A stretch of DNA of 24,000 nt, from the NCBI RefSeq assembly GCF_000762875.2, contig NZ_JRMP02000005.1, forward strand, positions 164,626 to 188,625. Reading direction: 5' to 3'. Origin of the DNA: Helicobacter saguini (GTDB taxonomy: Bacteria; Campylobacterota; Campylobacteria; Campylobacterales; Helicobacteraceae). How positions within the stretch are numbered: the stretch's first letter is position 1; the number at the start of each line of letters is the position of its first letter. A program made the translations under genes and the position numbers. The notes under the pieces are model-generated. The model did no database searches, had not been told where the DNA came from, and saw nothing but the letters and a program-made list of their open reading frames with translations. Positions 7,711-16,738 of this stretch are shown one piece after another.

Positions 7711-8936
7711 ACAAAAATCCTTTCTTTATGCTCTTTAAATGTTGTTTTTTTATCTGTTTTACCGCTATTAAATGGAGTGAAATCCACTTCAAAAAGCCTA
7801 ATTTTACCAAAAGTTTGCAGAATCTCTTTAATATCATTTTCTTTTAATATTGCGTTGCTTCGCGTGTTTGCAGATTCTGTGTTATTATAAGTAACGATTA
7901 TAAATTTGCTAATTTTTGCTAGATTTTGTATTAAATCTTTGAAAGTATTTTTTGCTTCTTTTGTGCAGTATTTGCTTAAGTTTTGTGGCTTTGGTTTTTT
8001 TGCTACGCCAAAAAGTTGTGGCTTATTATTTAAAGTTAGCGTTTCTAAAAAGTGATAGAATCTGCTATATTGCCTTGAATTATACGGCGGGTCTAAAAAG
8101 GCTATGTCTATTTTAGATTCCAAAATTTCACGCGCCAAAATATTAGAATCTTCCCTAAAAATTTCTATTTTTTTATCACTTTTAAGTGGCTTTATAAGCT
8201 CAAAATTAAAACGATTTTTAAGTGCCACATTTTTACGAAAGGCATCATAATGCCCAACCGTATTTGCAATTTTATCAACGCTATAAAGCAAACTTGCAAG
8301 TAAAATGTAAAACTCTTTTTGATTAATACTTTTAGATTCTAATCTCATATCCAAATCATCGCGAATAAAGCCTATCATTCTAGAATCTAGTTTGCTAAAA
8401 AACTTATTTCCAAAGTGCAGTTCGTAGTAATTAGATTCTACATTTTTATCTAATGAGCTAGATTCTAAAAGCCTAAAATACATTGAGTTATACTCATTTT
8501 TTATAGAATCTAGCTTATTAAAATCAAAACTCTCTTGCCAAAAAAACGCCTTATAAATCACAAAATTTGAATGCAAAAAATCATTAATATAGATTCTATC
8601 AAAAGCCTTATTTTGCAATATCATTTCGCTAACCACGCCACTCCCAGCAAACACATCAAAAAAGCTAAGTTTTTTGCAATCTTTTTTGCCCTTTTTCACA
8701 CATTCATTTTTAGAATCTAAAGTGCCTTTAGAATCTTTTTTGCAATCTCTCCCACATTTGTTCTTAGAATCTAAAGCGACATTTTTAAAATCTAATTTAA
8801 TATTTATAGAATCTTTTATAATGTTAGAATCTAAAGCAACATTTTTAGATTCTAAAACAGATTTAATAACAAAATTTATAGAATCTAAAAGCCTACTTTT
8901 ATTCCCTAGAAATCGCCTATTTGCTAGATTAAACAC
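7692..8936 (-). CDS. D12/FokI-type adenine-specific DNA methyltransferase (M1 of Type IIS system), with a repeat-derived insertion near the N-terminus
   Basis: NRRFLGNKSRLLDSINFVI, SFFDVFAGSGVVSE and catalytic IAFLDPPYNSRQYSRFYHFLETL. Overlaps the next gene by 19 nt; GTG start at 8936. Confidence 0.9.
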   Translation of the reverse strand: MFNLANRRFLGNKSRLLDSINFVIKSVLESKNVALDSNIIKDSINIKLDFKNVALDSKNKCGRDCKKDSKGTLDSKNECVKKGKKDCKKLSFFDVFAGSGVVSEMILQNKAFDRIYINDFLHSNFVIYKAFFWQESFDFNKLDSIKNEYNSMYFRLLESSSLDKNVESNYYELHFGNKFFSKLDSRMIGFIRDDLDMRLESKSINQKEFYILLASLLYSVDKIANTVGHYDAFRKNVALKNRFNFELIKPLKSDKKIEIFREDSNILAREILESKIDIAFLDPPYNSRQYSRFYHFLETLTLNNKPQLFGVAKKPKPQNLSKYCTKEAKNTFKDLIQNLAKISKFIIVTYNNTESANTRSNAILKENDIKEILQTFGKIRLFEVDFTPFNSGKTDKKTTFKEHKERIFVCQISH

Positions 8937-8948
8937 AGCTAAAAAACC

Positions 8949-9779
8949 CTAAAACTCAATCACTTGTGGTTTTATATCTACGTCATGAGATGCAAATGAT
9001 TTTATACAATTAGAATCTTTACTCATTTTAGCTATCCATTCTAGCGATTTATAGGCGAGATTTTTATCTAGGGCAGTGCCTGGGGCTATCATTTCTTTCC
9101 ATGATTTAGTCGCATATCCACCATCAAAATATAGCAAAATATATTTAGATTCTATAAAAATTACCGCCGCAAACATCCCATTTGTATGCCCAGGGATATT
9201 CACCAAAATAAGACTGCCATCACCAAAAAAATCCCTACTTTTCCCCACAGGACCAAAGCCATTTTCTTCAAAGCTAAAAGTCTCAATATCCACGTCATCC
9301 CACATACTAGGCACATATCTATACGCATATTTACGCGTATCATTTAGCTCGATGTCGCTACATAGAATCTGCCTTGCCCCACGCACACTTTTTAGCCCGC
9401 TAGTATGGTCACTATGCAAGTGTGAAAGTAGCAAATAATCAATATCGCTTTGACGTACCCCTAAAGATTCTAACTGCTCTATTATAGCCTCGCCACTTGG
9501 CACGTAGGCTTTATTTAGCATATAGTGCATAAGCCCTAAATGGCGGATTTGCGCGAGTGCGTCATACTTTCCATTTGGAGAATTTTCCCTACCCCAGCCT
9601 GTATCAAAAAGTATCAATCCCTTTTTATGCTCTAGTAAAAATGCAAAAACAGGTAACCAAACTTGATATTTTTTCGCGCGAAATAACCCTGTGTAGCTAA
9701 ATGGATGGCTAGATTCATTACTAAAAGGAAGCGAAATATCCACTCTTACTTCCCCACATTTTAAAATATGTAGTTTCAT
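8949..9779 (-). CDS. metallo-beta-lactamase-fold hydrolase, N-acyl-homoserine-lactonase-like family
   Basis: LLLSHLHSDHTSGL (HxHxDH), FGDGSLILVNIPGHTNGMFAAV, LYFDGGYATKSW and C-terminal ASHDVDI; N-terminal ILFDTGWG. Confidence 0.85.
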   Translation of the reverse strand: MKLHILKCGEVRVDISLPFSNESSHPFSYTGLFRAKKYQVWLPVFAFLLEHKKGLILFDTGWGRENSPNGKYDALAQIRHLGLMHYMLNKAYVPSGEAIIEQLESLGVRQSDIDYLLLSHLHSDHTSGLKSVRGARQILCSDIELNDTRKYAYRYVPSMWDDVDIETFSFEENGFGPVGKSRDFFGDGSLILVNIPGHTNGMFAAVIFIESKYILLYFDGGYATKSWKEMIAPGTALDKNLAYKSLEWIAKMSKDSNCIKSFASHDVDIKPQVIEF

Positions 9780-9783
9780 TTTT

Positions 9784-10566
9784 TTACTCCATTATGTCCT
9801 GATACTCATATTTTTCATTCATCTGTAAGGCGGAAGTGGCATCACAGGCACTCTTGCATTCATTACTAAAGTTAGAATCTACACTCAAAATTATATCGCC
9901 CTTAACTCGAGTCACATTGACCCTGCAAATATTGCTCCTATCAAATCGCTCACCCGGGCTAAACTCAAGTAGCCCTTGCGTATCATTAGTAAAGCTAAAT
10001 CGCATATAATTATCATAGCATCCATCTTCCCCACTTATACCAAAATAAGCCGCCTTGCAAGATTCTATCGAACACGCGATGGTGATTGTGCCTTTATATT
10101 GCGGAGTTTGCGGATTTTGCGGATTTTGTGACGTTGGTGAATTTTGCGGATTTTGCGGCTTAGTAAGGGCATACACGCCCTCCCAGTTATAAGTCTCACA
10201 CAGGATTTTTGGTGCGATATTTTCGATATAGCCGCTACATTTTAGCAATTTTAGCGGGTCTTGCAAATCATAAATGCGTTCATCTAGCATTCTTTCCGCG
10301 CATTGCTTACTTGTTTCTACCGCCTTTCGCACACTTCGTGGCTTACTACAGGTGAAAAGCTGGTCTTTGAAAGCCTTTTCATTCTCATAAAGGGCGCGTT
10401 TTTGGCTCTTATTTAGGCTTAATTTTGCTTTTTCATAAGCCTTTTTTTCATCATCATAATACTCTTTTAAATACCAATCACCACAATTATATGAAATGTT
10501 AGAATCTGTGCAATTTGCGGCATTTAGCAGGTTTATCATTGCTATTAGTAAGAGTATTCTTAGCAT
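9784..10566 (-). CDS. secreted Cys-containing protein of unknown function, possibly LprI-like N-terminal domain, with PQN/PT linker
   Basis: Signal-peptide-like N-terminus MLRILLLIAMINLLNAANC; many Cys; CTDSNISYNCGDWYLKEYYDDEKKAYEKAKLSLNKSQKRALYENEKAF; linker PQNPQNSPTSQNPQNPQTPQ. Confidence 0.55.
   Translation of the reverse strand: MLRILLLIAMINLLNAANCTDSNISYNCGDWYLKEYYDDEKKAYEKAKLSLNKSQKRALYENEKAFKDQLFTCSKPRSVRKAVETSKQCAERMLDERIYDLQDPLKLLKCSGYIENIAPKILCETYNWEGVYALTKPQNPQNSPTSQNPQNPQTPQYKGTITIACSIESCKAAYFGISGEDGCYDNYMRFSFTNDTQGLLEFSPGERFDRSNICRVNVTRVKGDIILSVDSNFSNECKSACDATSALQMNEKYEYQDIME
10099..10160. repeat. short tandem repeat (GCGGATTTT units) encoding the PQN/QNP linker
   Basis: TTGCGGAGTTTGCGGATTTTGCGGATTTTG...GAATTTTGCGGATTTTGCGG on the + strand. 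Confidence 0.8.
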
Positions 10567-10668
10567 TTTTTACCTTTGAAATTTTAGAAATTATAGCTTA
10601 GATTCTATGGATTTTTGGAATGTTTTTTGGTAGAATTATGAAATGTGGAAGCCGAGCTAGTATCTAAG

Positions 10669-11259
10669 TTATTCGCGGTCTTTGAACCTGCAGGGGTAAC
10701 GGCTTTTTAAGCTTACTACGCCTTCCGCATTTTGAAAGGCTTTTGAATCTACATTTAATATTCCATTTTCTTTATATTGTGTTTTTAATGATAGTTCGTT
10801 TTTCTTGTTGCTTATCACTACGACTACGATGTGGTAGCCATTAATTTGTTTGCCTAAGGTGATTGCTTTTTGATTATCTCTTGTGCGTGTGATGGCAAAC
10901 ATTTCTGCGTCATTTATGATTAAATCAATCGTTTTGAAATCGTTTAAATCAATGGGCGGCTGTCCCCTAAATTGTGCGTGTTTAGAATCTGCTCCGTGTT
11001 GTTTTAGCACGTGTAGCATCGCACTCCCACTCATTGTAATTTTAATAGGCTTTGTTGAATCTAGATTCAGTGCTTTTATTAATTGCATATTTTCTAAGTT
11101 TCCTATCCAAAGTTTAGAATCTAATCTAATTGCTTCTTTTAGTAAATCATCGCTTAATTCATCTTTCCTTGCCAAACGCAAAGTCTTGCTTTTGTCTAAT
11201 AAACTTTTAGAATCTAATTTAGAATCTTTTTTGCAATCTGTTTTACAATCTTCGCTCAA
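10669..11259 (-). CDS. putative barnase/EndoU/colicin-like endoribonuclease-domain protein (DUF3519/PBECR-like), stand-alone
   Basis: TKPIKITMSGSAMLHVLKQHGADSKHAQFRGQPPIDLNDFKTIDLIINDAEMF...AITLGKQINGYHIVVVVISNKKNELSLKTQYK resembles the C-terminal nuclease-like domain of phage head/polymorphic-toxin-associated proteins. Family assignment is from recall only. Confidence 0.5.
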   Translation of the reverse strand: MSEDCKTDCKKDSKLDSKSLLDKSKTLRLARKDELSDDLLKEAIRLDSKLWIGNLENMQLIKALNLDSTKPIKITMSGSAMLHVLKQHGADSKHAQFRGQPPIDLNDFKTIDLIINDAEMFAITRTRDNQKAITLGKQINGYHIVVVVISNKKNELSLKTQYKENGILNVDSKAFQNAEGVVSLKSRYPCRFKDRE

Positions 11260-11324
11260 ATCCTGCCCTTAAATCTTAGAATCTAAACTTAGATTCTAAC
11301 ATTTTTAGAGTCTGTTTATAGAAT

Positions 11325-12389
11325 CTATTTTATAGAATCTAGCGCTGCTAGTGCGTTTAAACTACGCGGATAGCCAACATAAGGGATTAACGCCGTGATA
11401 ACAGCGATTAGCTTTTCTCTATCATTTCCCATATTTAGATTGCCCTGAATGTGTGCTTTTACCTGCGAATCCGCCCCGCCAAAACTAAGCAAATACACAA
11501 ATGTTAATAGCTCTCTAAACTGCAAAGATAGCACACCACGCGTATAATAATCCCCAAAGCAATTGCTACTTAAAAACTCGCGGATATGCTTTATATCGTT
11601 TGGTGCGGCAGCGTTTCCTTTATCGATTGCCTCGCCAAAAATCTCTCTTTGTGCGTTTAAGCCTAACTCGCGGCGATTTTCCCTTGTCGTTGTGCCTTGC
11701 GGTTTTAGCGGGACTTTTATGCCATTTTGTTTAAAAATCTCATTGCAAGTTGTGATAAAATCAAGGGTTCTAGGTAGCCCGATATAAGGCGTGGCTTGAT
11801 AAATCATCTCTTTTATTTCTTCTGGTGTCGTTTTAATATTTAGTGCGCCTTTTAGAAAAAAGCCAAATTCGCTTAGGCTGTGAGATGCGATAAGACTTGC
11901 AAGCGTGATTAGCACGCGTTCATTTTGGGTTAGAATCTTGCTTTTTTCATACACCTCATCAAAGGCGAAATTGACATAATTTGTAAAAAACTCTGGGTCG
12001 CTCTTTTTAAGTGGCGTATCCACGCTTTTAAAAAGCTTTTTGAAATTATTTTCCGCATTTTTGGTAAGTTTCATTATTTGCTCCTTGTTTGTGGTTTTAG
12101 AATCTTTTTGACGATTTTGCGTGTTAGATTCTATGATTTTAGAATCTAGGGTGTTAGATTCTTTAAGTTTAGAATCTTTTACGTTTTTAGATTCTATAAT
12201 GTTAGAATCTTTTGCCATATTTTTAGAATCTAGTTTAGAATCTTTATAATTTTTCGTGTGATTTTGTGTGTTAGATTCTATAAAATGTTTAGAATCTTTA
12301 CTAGTTTCCCCAAATGTTTTAGTGCCACTAAATGCCAAAACACCGCTAATTAAAGCCGATTTTTTGATAAAATCCCTACGATTTTTCAT
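11325..12389 (-). CDS. Tat-exported carboxymuconolactone decarboxylase (CMD) family protein with repeat-encoded linker
   Basis: Tat-like MKNRRDFIKKSALISGVLAFSG, then about 75 aa of KDSK/LDSK/IESN repeats, then ERVLITLASLIAS...TTPEEIKEMIYQATPYIGLPRTLD and a second CMD-like half (FRELLTFVYLLSFGGADSQVKAHIQGNLNMGNDREKLIAVITALIPYVGYPRSLNAL). Confidence 0.85.
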   Translation of the reverse strand: MKNRRDFIKKSALISGVLAFSGTKTFGETSKDSKHFIESNTQNHTKNYKDSKLDSKNMAKDSNIIESKNVKDSKLKESNTLDSKIIESNTQNRQKDSKTTNKEQIMKLTKNAENNFKKLFKSVDTPLKKSDPEFFTNYVNFAFDEVYEKSKILTQNERVLITLASLIASHSLSEFGFFLKGALNIKTTPEEIKEMIYQATPYIGLPRTLDFITTCNEIFKQNGIKVPLKPQGTTTRENRRELGLNAQREIFGEAIDKGNAAAPNDIKHIREFLSSNCFGDYYTRGVLSLQFRELLTFVYLLSFGGADSQVKAHIQGNLNMGNDREKLIAVITALIPYVGYPRSLNALAALDSIK

Positions 12390-12458
12390 AATATATCCTT
12401 AAAATTTAGAATCCAAAATGCAATTATAAAAGATGATACTTACTCTAAGTCAAGCCTT

Positions 12459-14294
12459 TCACAAATTTATAGAATCTTTTATCATTTCTTTCATTTTTTT
12501 GCGTTGTTTTATCTTGCGATAGTTAAAAATTAGTGTGAAAATATGCAGTGGATTTTGGTAGATTTTGACTAGATTTTCACATAATTTATATTCGTAGCTT
12601 TGCGTTATTTCGCAACTTTCAAGGCTTTTAGATTCTATAATATTTTTATTGCGAAAATAAATTTTTGCCAAGCTAATAGGCAGTAAAATGCTAGATTTCA
12701 CGCCCTTTAGGCGACTTAAAAAAATTGCTTGATAGAATCTAAATGGCAAGGTTTTGCTCACATTTTCAAAGCCCTTAATCACGCTAGAATACAGCATTTC
12801 CTTGCAATTTTGGCTATCACTAAGCAAATTAGATTCCAAAGAATAAAGCCCTAAATCATGGCTACTTGGATAATACACAAAGGTTTTTGAATTAGCCGCA
12901 ATCAAGTCAAAAAGCCCAGAGCGAATGCCGCGAACTTGCGTTACGTGCGAGCTTAAAGCCACCGCATCACGCAAGGTTAAATCCACATTTATCGCATTTT
13001 TGTGCGTATAAATTTTTTGCGTGGAATTTACAAAAACCACATAACCTTTTTGGGATAAAAGCTCAATTTCAGCCTCAAAAATGCAAGGCAAAATGCTACT
13101 AATGCTATTTGCCTGCGGGAGATAAAAAATGCAACTTTTTACTAGAAAAGATTCTATAAATTGATTAGAATCTTGCTTTATTGTAGATTTTTTGTTATCA
13201 TTTTTGGCGTTAGTTTCTACAATATTGTCGGGTGGGTCGTGCGGCGCACCCTTAGGATACTGAGTAGATTCTACTGCATCTGCTTTATCCGCACGAAAGC
13301 TTAAAGATGTAGGATTTATTAGCTCCAAAGTGTAGATTTTATTATTTCCTTTACGCATTTCAAATGTCGTTATTTTAGCTATTGTTTTTTTATTATTTAT
13401 TATTAGTTCACATTCAAATCGCAAGGTGCTAGAGATTTCTCTGCGATTTTTCGTATCTGTGTGTGTTTGGACTAAGTGCGCATTTTCAAAAAGATTTTGT
13501 ATATTTTTTATAGCCTTAAAATGCTCATCTTTGCTAAATCCATTTGCAATGCTTTTGTTTGTGGCTTTTTGTGATTGCATTTTGTTTGCTTCTTTTGATG
13601 AGATTCTAGCGATTAATCCTGTTTGTTTGTTTTTTATATCTTTATTGAGTATTGTTTTAAAAAAAACTTTTATGTTACTACGCAGTTTTTCAAAGGTTTC
13701 ATTATCCTGTGTTTGCAAAGTTAAAAGATTTTTAGAATCTTGTAGTTTAGATTCTATAATTTTTAAGGTTTTAGAATCTAAATTTAACCTTTTTGGTTTT
13801 GACATTTTAGAATCTAGCGAGAGTTTAAAAATAGCCTGAAACAATGCTAAATACGAGCTTTGCAAGGTCTCCCTCATACAATCCATTCGCTTTAAATGAT
13901 GGAAATGAAAGGGCAAGATTTTACCTTTTTGTGGGCTTAAAACACATTTAGATTCTATAACTTTCCCTATTTTCCAACGCCGCAAATTATTAGCAATAAT
14001 ATAATTTTTTATATCAAAAAGTTCGGCTATCACACCTTGATTTTTTTGTAAAATTAGCGTGATTTTAGAATCTTTAGAATCTAAATTAGAATCTAAAATA
14101 CTGCTAGATTCCATATTTTTAGAATCTTTAACTCCCAAATTAAAATCCAAATTAGATTCCAAAAACGCCCCCAAAGCCCTAAAATACGCACAAATAAAAT
14201 ATGTATCCCCTAGCCCAGCAGGACATAAAATATAATATGTATTAGAATCTAAATTCCCCACAATTTCTTCTACACTAAAAGTTCTAGATTCCAT
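12459..14294 (-). CDS. large glycosyltransferase family 9-like / ADP-heptose:LPS heptosyltransferase-like protein, weakly supported, heavily repeat-loaded
   Basis: N-terminal YYILCPAGLGDTYFICAYFRALGAF and C-terminal NVDLTLRDAVALSSHVTQVRGIRSGLFDLIAANSKTFVYYPS are GT9-like; much of the intervening sequence is low-complexity LDSK/IESK-rich. Confidence 0.5.
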   Translation of the reverse strand: MESRTFSVEEIVGNLDSNTYYILCPAGLGDTYFICAYFRALGAFLESNLDFNLGVKDSKNMESSSILDSNLDSKDSKITLILQKNQGVIAELFDIKNYIIANNLRRWKIGKVIESKCVLSPQKGKILPFHFHHLKRMDCMRETLQSSYLALFQAIFKLSLDSKMSKPKRLNLDSKTLKIIESKLQDSKNLLTLQTQDNETFEKLRSNIKVFFKTILNKDIKNKQTGLIARISSKEANKMQSQKATNKSIANGFSKDEHFKAIKNIQNLFENAHLVQTHTDTKNRREISSTLRFECELIINNKKTIAKITTFEMRKGNNKIYTLELINPTSLSFRADKADAVESTQYPKGAPHDPPDNIVETNAKNDNKKSTIKQDSNQFIESFLVKSCIFYLPQANSISSILPCIFEAEIELLSQKGYVVFVNSTQKIYTHKNAINVDLTLRDAVALSSHVTQVRGIRSGLFDLIAANSKTFVYYPSSHDLGLYSLESNLLSDSQNCKEMLYSSVIKGFENVSKTLPFRFYQAIFLSRLKGVKSSILLPISLAKIYFRNKNIIESKSLESCEITQSYEYKLCENLVKIYQNPLHIFTLIFNYRKIKQRKKMKEMIKDSINL

Positions 14295-14462
14295 AACTTT
14301 ACCCTATCTATAAATAAACATTAAAAATGCAATTTTACTTAAATATTGATATTTTTCTTTAATATATTAAGTCTTGCATATATAATGGGCAATATTTACA
14401 CACTTAGTTTTGATTATCTAGTCCCTTTTGTTAAATAATGTTAAGTTAAAGTAAAATTTCTA

Positions 14463-14468
14463 TATAAT
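14463..14468 (+). promoter_or_regulatory. putative -10 box of chemoreceptor gene
   Basis: TATAAT located 30 nt before ATG 14498; TAAGGA Shine-Dalgarno at 14485-14490. Confidence 0.5.
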
Positions 14469-14497
14469 TCCATAAAGATTTGTGTAAGGAAGATTCT

Positions 14498-16600
14498 ATG
14501 TCGTTTTATTCTCGTTTAAGTATCGGGGCGAAAGTCTCGCTAATGGTCGCACTACTCGTTATTTTAGGCATTTCTATTTTGTCGGCTTTCATTCTTATTA
14601 TAAGCAAAAACACGGTTGAAGAAGAAGGACACAAAATCGTAAATCAAGCAAGTTGGCGATACATTAACCGCGTTGAGGGCGTAGCAACTAAAATCATAGA
14701 ATCTATGCTAATTGGCGCAACCACGATAAACTCGCACTTAGAACGCACCGATATTGAAATAATCGACTTAAAAGACGTCATACAAGCCATTCCAAACAAT
14801 GTTAGCGCCCTAACTCACGTCTATTTATACCTGCCAAATTACCACGTGCCTGATGGCAGGGAGTTTGACGACTTTCGCGTAGCAAATGGGCTAGTGATTT
14901 TAGCCGAGCAAAACGCGCAGGGAAATAGCGGTATGGGGACAAAGGCACAGATTATAAAAGCAGAGCCTGGCATTGCAAATTTTATGTCGATAAGACGTAC
15001 CATTGAGAGTAATAAGCCTAGCCTTTCACCGCCGATAAGTATCGATTTTAAAGGGCAAAAGCAATTCGTGCAAGGCTTTGCAGTGCCGATACATAATCGC
15101 AATGGGCAAGTTATCGGCGCACTTGGCGGCTTTGTGAATTTCGAAGTAATCGGTGCGCCCTTTGTGGCAGAACGCGCTAGAATCTTTGAAAATGACCAGC
15201 GATTTATGATTGATGAAAATGGCGTGATTTTGATAAATCAAAATAAGAATTTTATCGGTAAAAAGCTAACTGAAGTAGCCCCCGGTGCGCTAACTGAAGC
15301 CCTTGTGGCTAAGGCTAAAAATGGTGAAGCCGCGATTTTACCTTATAAGACTGCCGCTGGAATTGAAGGCTTGGCTGGTATGCGTAGCGTATCGCCTATT
15401 GAGGGCAGTGGTGCGCAGTGGAATGTTGTCGCGTATATCCCAAATGAGAGCATTTTTGAGCCGCTGCGTGAGCTACTTTGGACGATTGCTGTGTGTTCGC
15501 TAATTGCTACGATTTGTATTATTGTTGGCACTATGCTTTATATTAAATCAAGCGTTGCGTTGCGTATAAAGCTTATTTTGACCACGCTAACCGAAGCCTT
15601 TAAATACATAAATCACGAGACAAACACAAAGCCAAAACTGCTAAAAATCCGCGCACAAGATGAGCTAGGCACAATGGGATTAGAAATCAATGATAATATC
15701 GAGCATACACAGCAAGGAATCGACAAAGATTCTAAAGCGGTGGCTCAAAGTGTGGAAACGGCTAAACGTATAGAATCTGGCGACTTAAGTGCGAGAATTA
15801 GCGAGGAGCCGGCAAATCCGCAGCTTATCCAGCTAAAAAATGTGCTAAATTCTATGCTTGATGTGCTGCAGGGCAAAATCGGTAAGGACACGAATGAAAT
15901 CGCGCGGGTGTTTGATAGCTACACGCGTCTTGATTTTACAACTGAGGTGCGTGACGCACAGGGTCGCGTGGAGGTTGTCACGAATACTTTGGGTGGCGTA
16001 ATCCGCGAAATGCTTACTACGAGCGCTAAGTTTGCAAATGATTTGAGCGAAAAATCTAAAGACTTAGAATCTGCGGTGCATACACTAAAAGAATCAGCCG
16101 ATAAACAGGCGTCTAACCTAGAGCAGACCGCCACTGCAGTAGAGCAAATCACAAGCTCAATGCAAAGCGTGAGCGGTAGGACAAGCGAAGTTATCGGGCA
16201 AAGCGAAGATATAAAAAATGTAATCGGCATAATTAGGGACATCGCAGACCAAACGAATTTGTTGGCACTAAATGCGGCTATTGAAGCAGCGCGTGCGGGC
16301 GAACATGGTCGCGGCTTTGCTGTGGTCGCTGATGAAGTGCGGAAACTAGCAGAGCGAACGCAAAAGTCACTTGGCGAAATTGAAGCCAACACAAACGTGC
16401 TGGTGCAGTCAATCAATGATATGGCTGAATCTATCAAGGAACAAGCCACAGGCATCGAGCAAATCAATAACTCAATCTCGCAATTAGAATCTGTAACGCA
16501 GCAAAATACCCAAATCGCCGCCAACTCACAAGAAATCTCCACCGCCGTAGAAACCATAGCAAAGGAAATCTTGGATGATGTGAATAAAAAGAAATTTTAG
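14498..16600 (+). CDS. methyl-accepting chemotaxis protein with periplasmic dCache-like sensor, HAMP and MA signalling domain
   Basis: Two TM segments, Cache-like sensor ([25 protein letters not shown]...[25 protein letters not shown]), and the hairpin tip [55 protein letters not shown]. Start refined to ATG 14498 from the track's TTG 14480. Confidence 0.96.
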   Translation: MSFYSRLSIGAKVSLMVALLVILGISILSAFILIISKNTVEEEGHKIVNQASWRYINRVEGVATKIIESMLIGATTINSHLERTDIEIIDLKDVIQAIPNNVSALTHVYLYLPNYHVPDGREFDDFRVANGLVILAEQNAQGNSGMGTKAQIIKAEPGIANFMSIRRTIESNKPSLSPPISIDFKGQKQFVQGFAVPIHNRNGQVIGALGGFVNFEVIGAPFVAERARIFENDQRFMIDENGVILINQNKNFIGKKLTEVAPGALTEALVAKAKNGEAAILPYKTAAGIEGLAGMRSVSPIEGSGAQWNVVAYIPNESIFEPLRELLWTIAVCSLIATICIIVGTMLYIKSSVALRIKLILTTLTEAFKYINHETNTKPKLLKIRAQDELGTMGLEINDNIEHTQQGIDKDSKAVAQSVETAKRIESGDLSARISEEPANPQLIQLKNVLNSMLDVLQGKIGKDTNEIARVFDSYTRLDFTTEVRDAQGRVEVVTNTLGGVIREMLTTSAKFANDLSEKSKDLESAVHTLKESADKQASNLEQTATAVEQITSSMQSVSGRTSEVIGQSEDIKNVIGIIRDIADQTNLLALNAAIEAARAGEHGRGFAVVADEVRKLAERTQKSLGEIEANTNVLVQSINDMAESIKEQATGIEQINNSISQLESVTQQNTQIAANSQEISTAVETIAKEILDDVNKKKF

Positions 16601-16738
16601 AATCTAAAAAATATTCTGCGTTCAATCTAATATTGCAACTCTTGCCAACTATTCAACAAAGGTTTCTTTACAAAGTTATACACCGATTAACAACTATCAT
16701 ACAAAGAACTATAAACAAGATTCTATAAAGTTTGGGAG

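Noticed and set aside
7692-8952. Plus-strand ORFs such as 8674..8952 and 11563..11787
   Set aside because: Antisense to well-supported coding genes, no domain signature; they arise because the AGAWTCT word is near-palindromic and leaves several frames open.
10883-11272. 129-aa plus-strand ORF opposite the PBECR-like gene
   Set aside because: Hydrophobic/Ser-Leu-rich antisense translation of LDSK-coding words, with no motif or convincing Shine-Dalgarno.
15919-16557. 212-aa minus-strand ORF within the chemoreceptor
   Set aside because: Exact antisense of the highly conserved MCP signalling domain.
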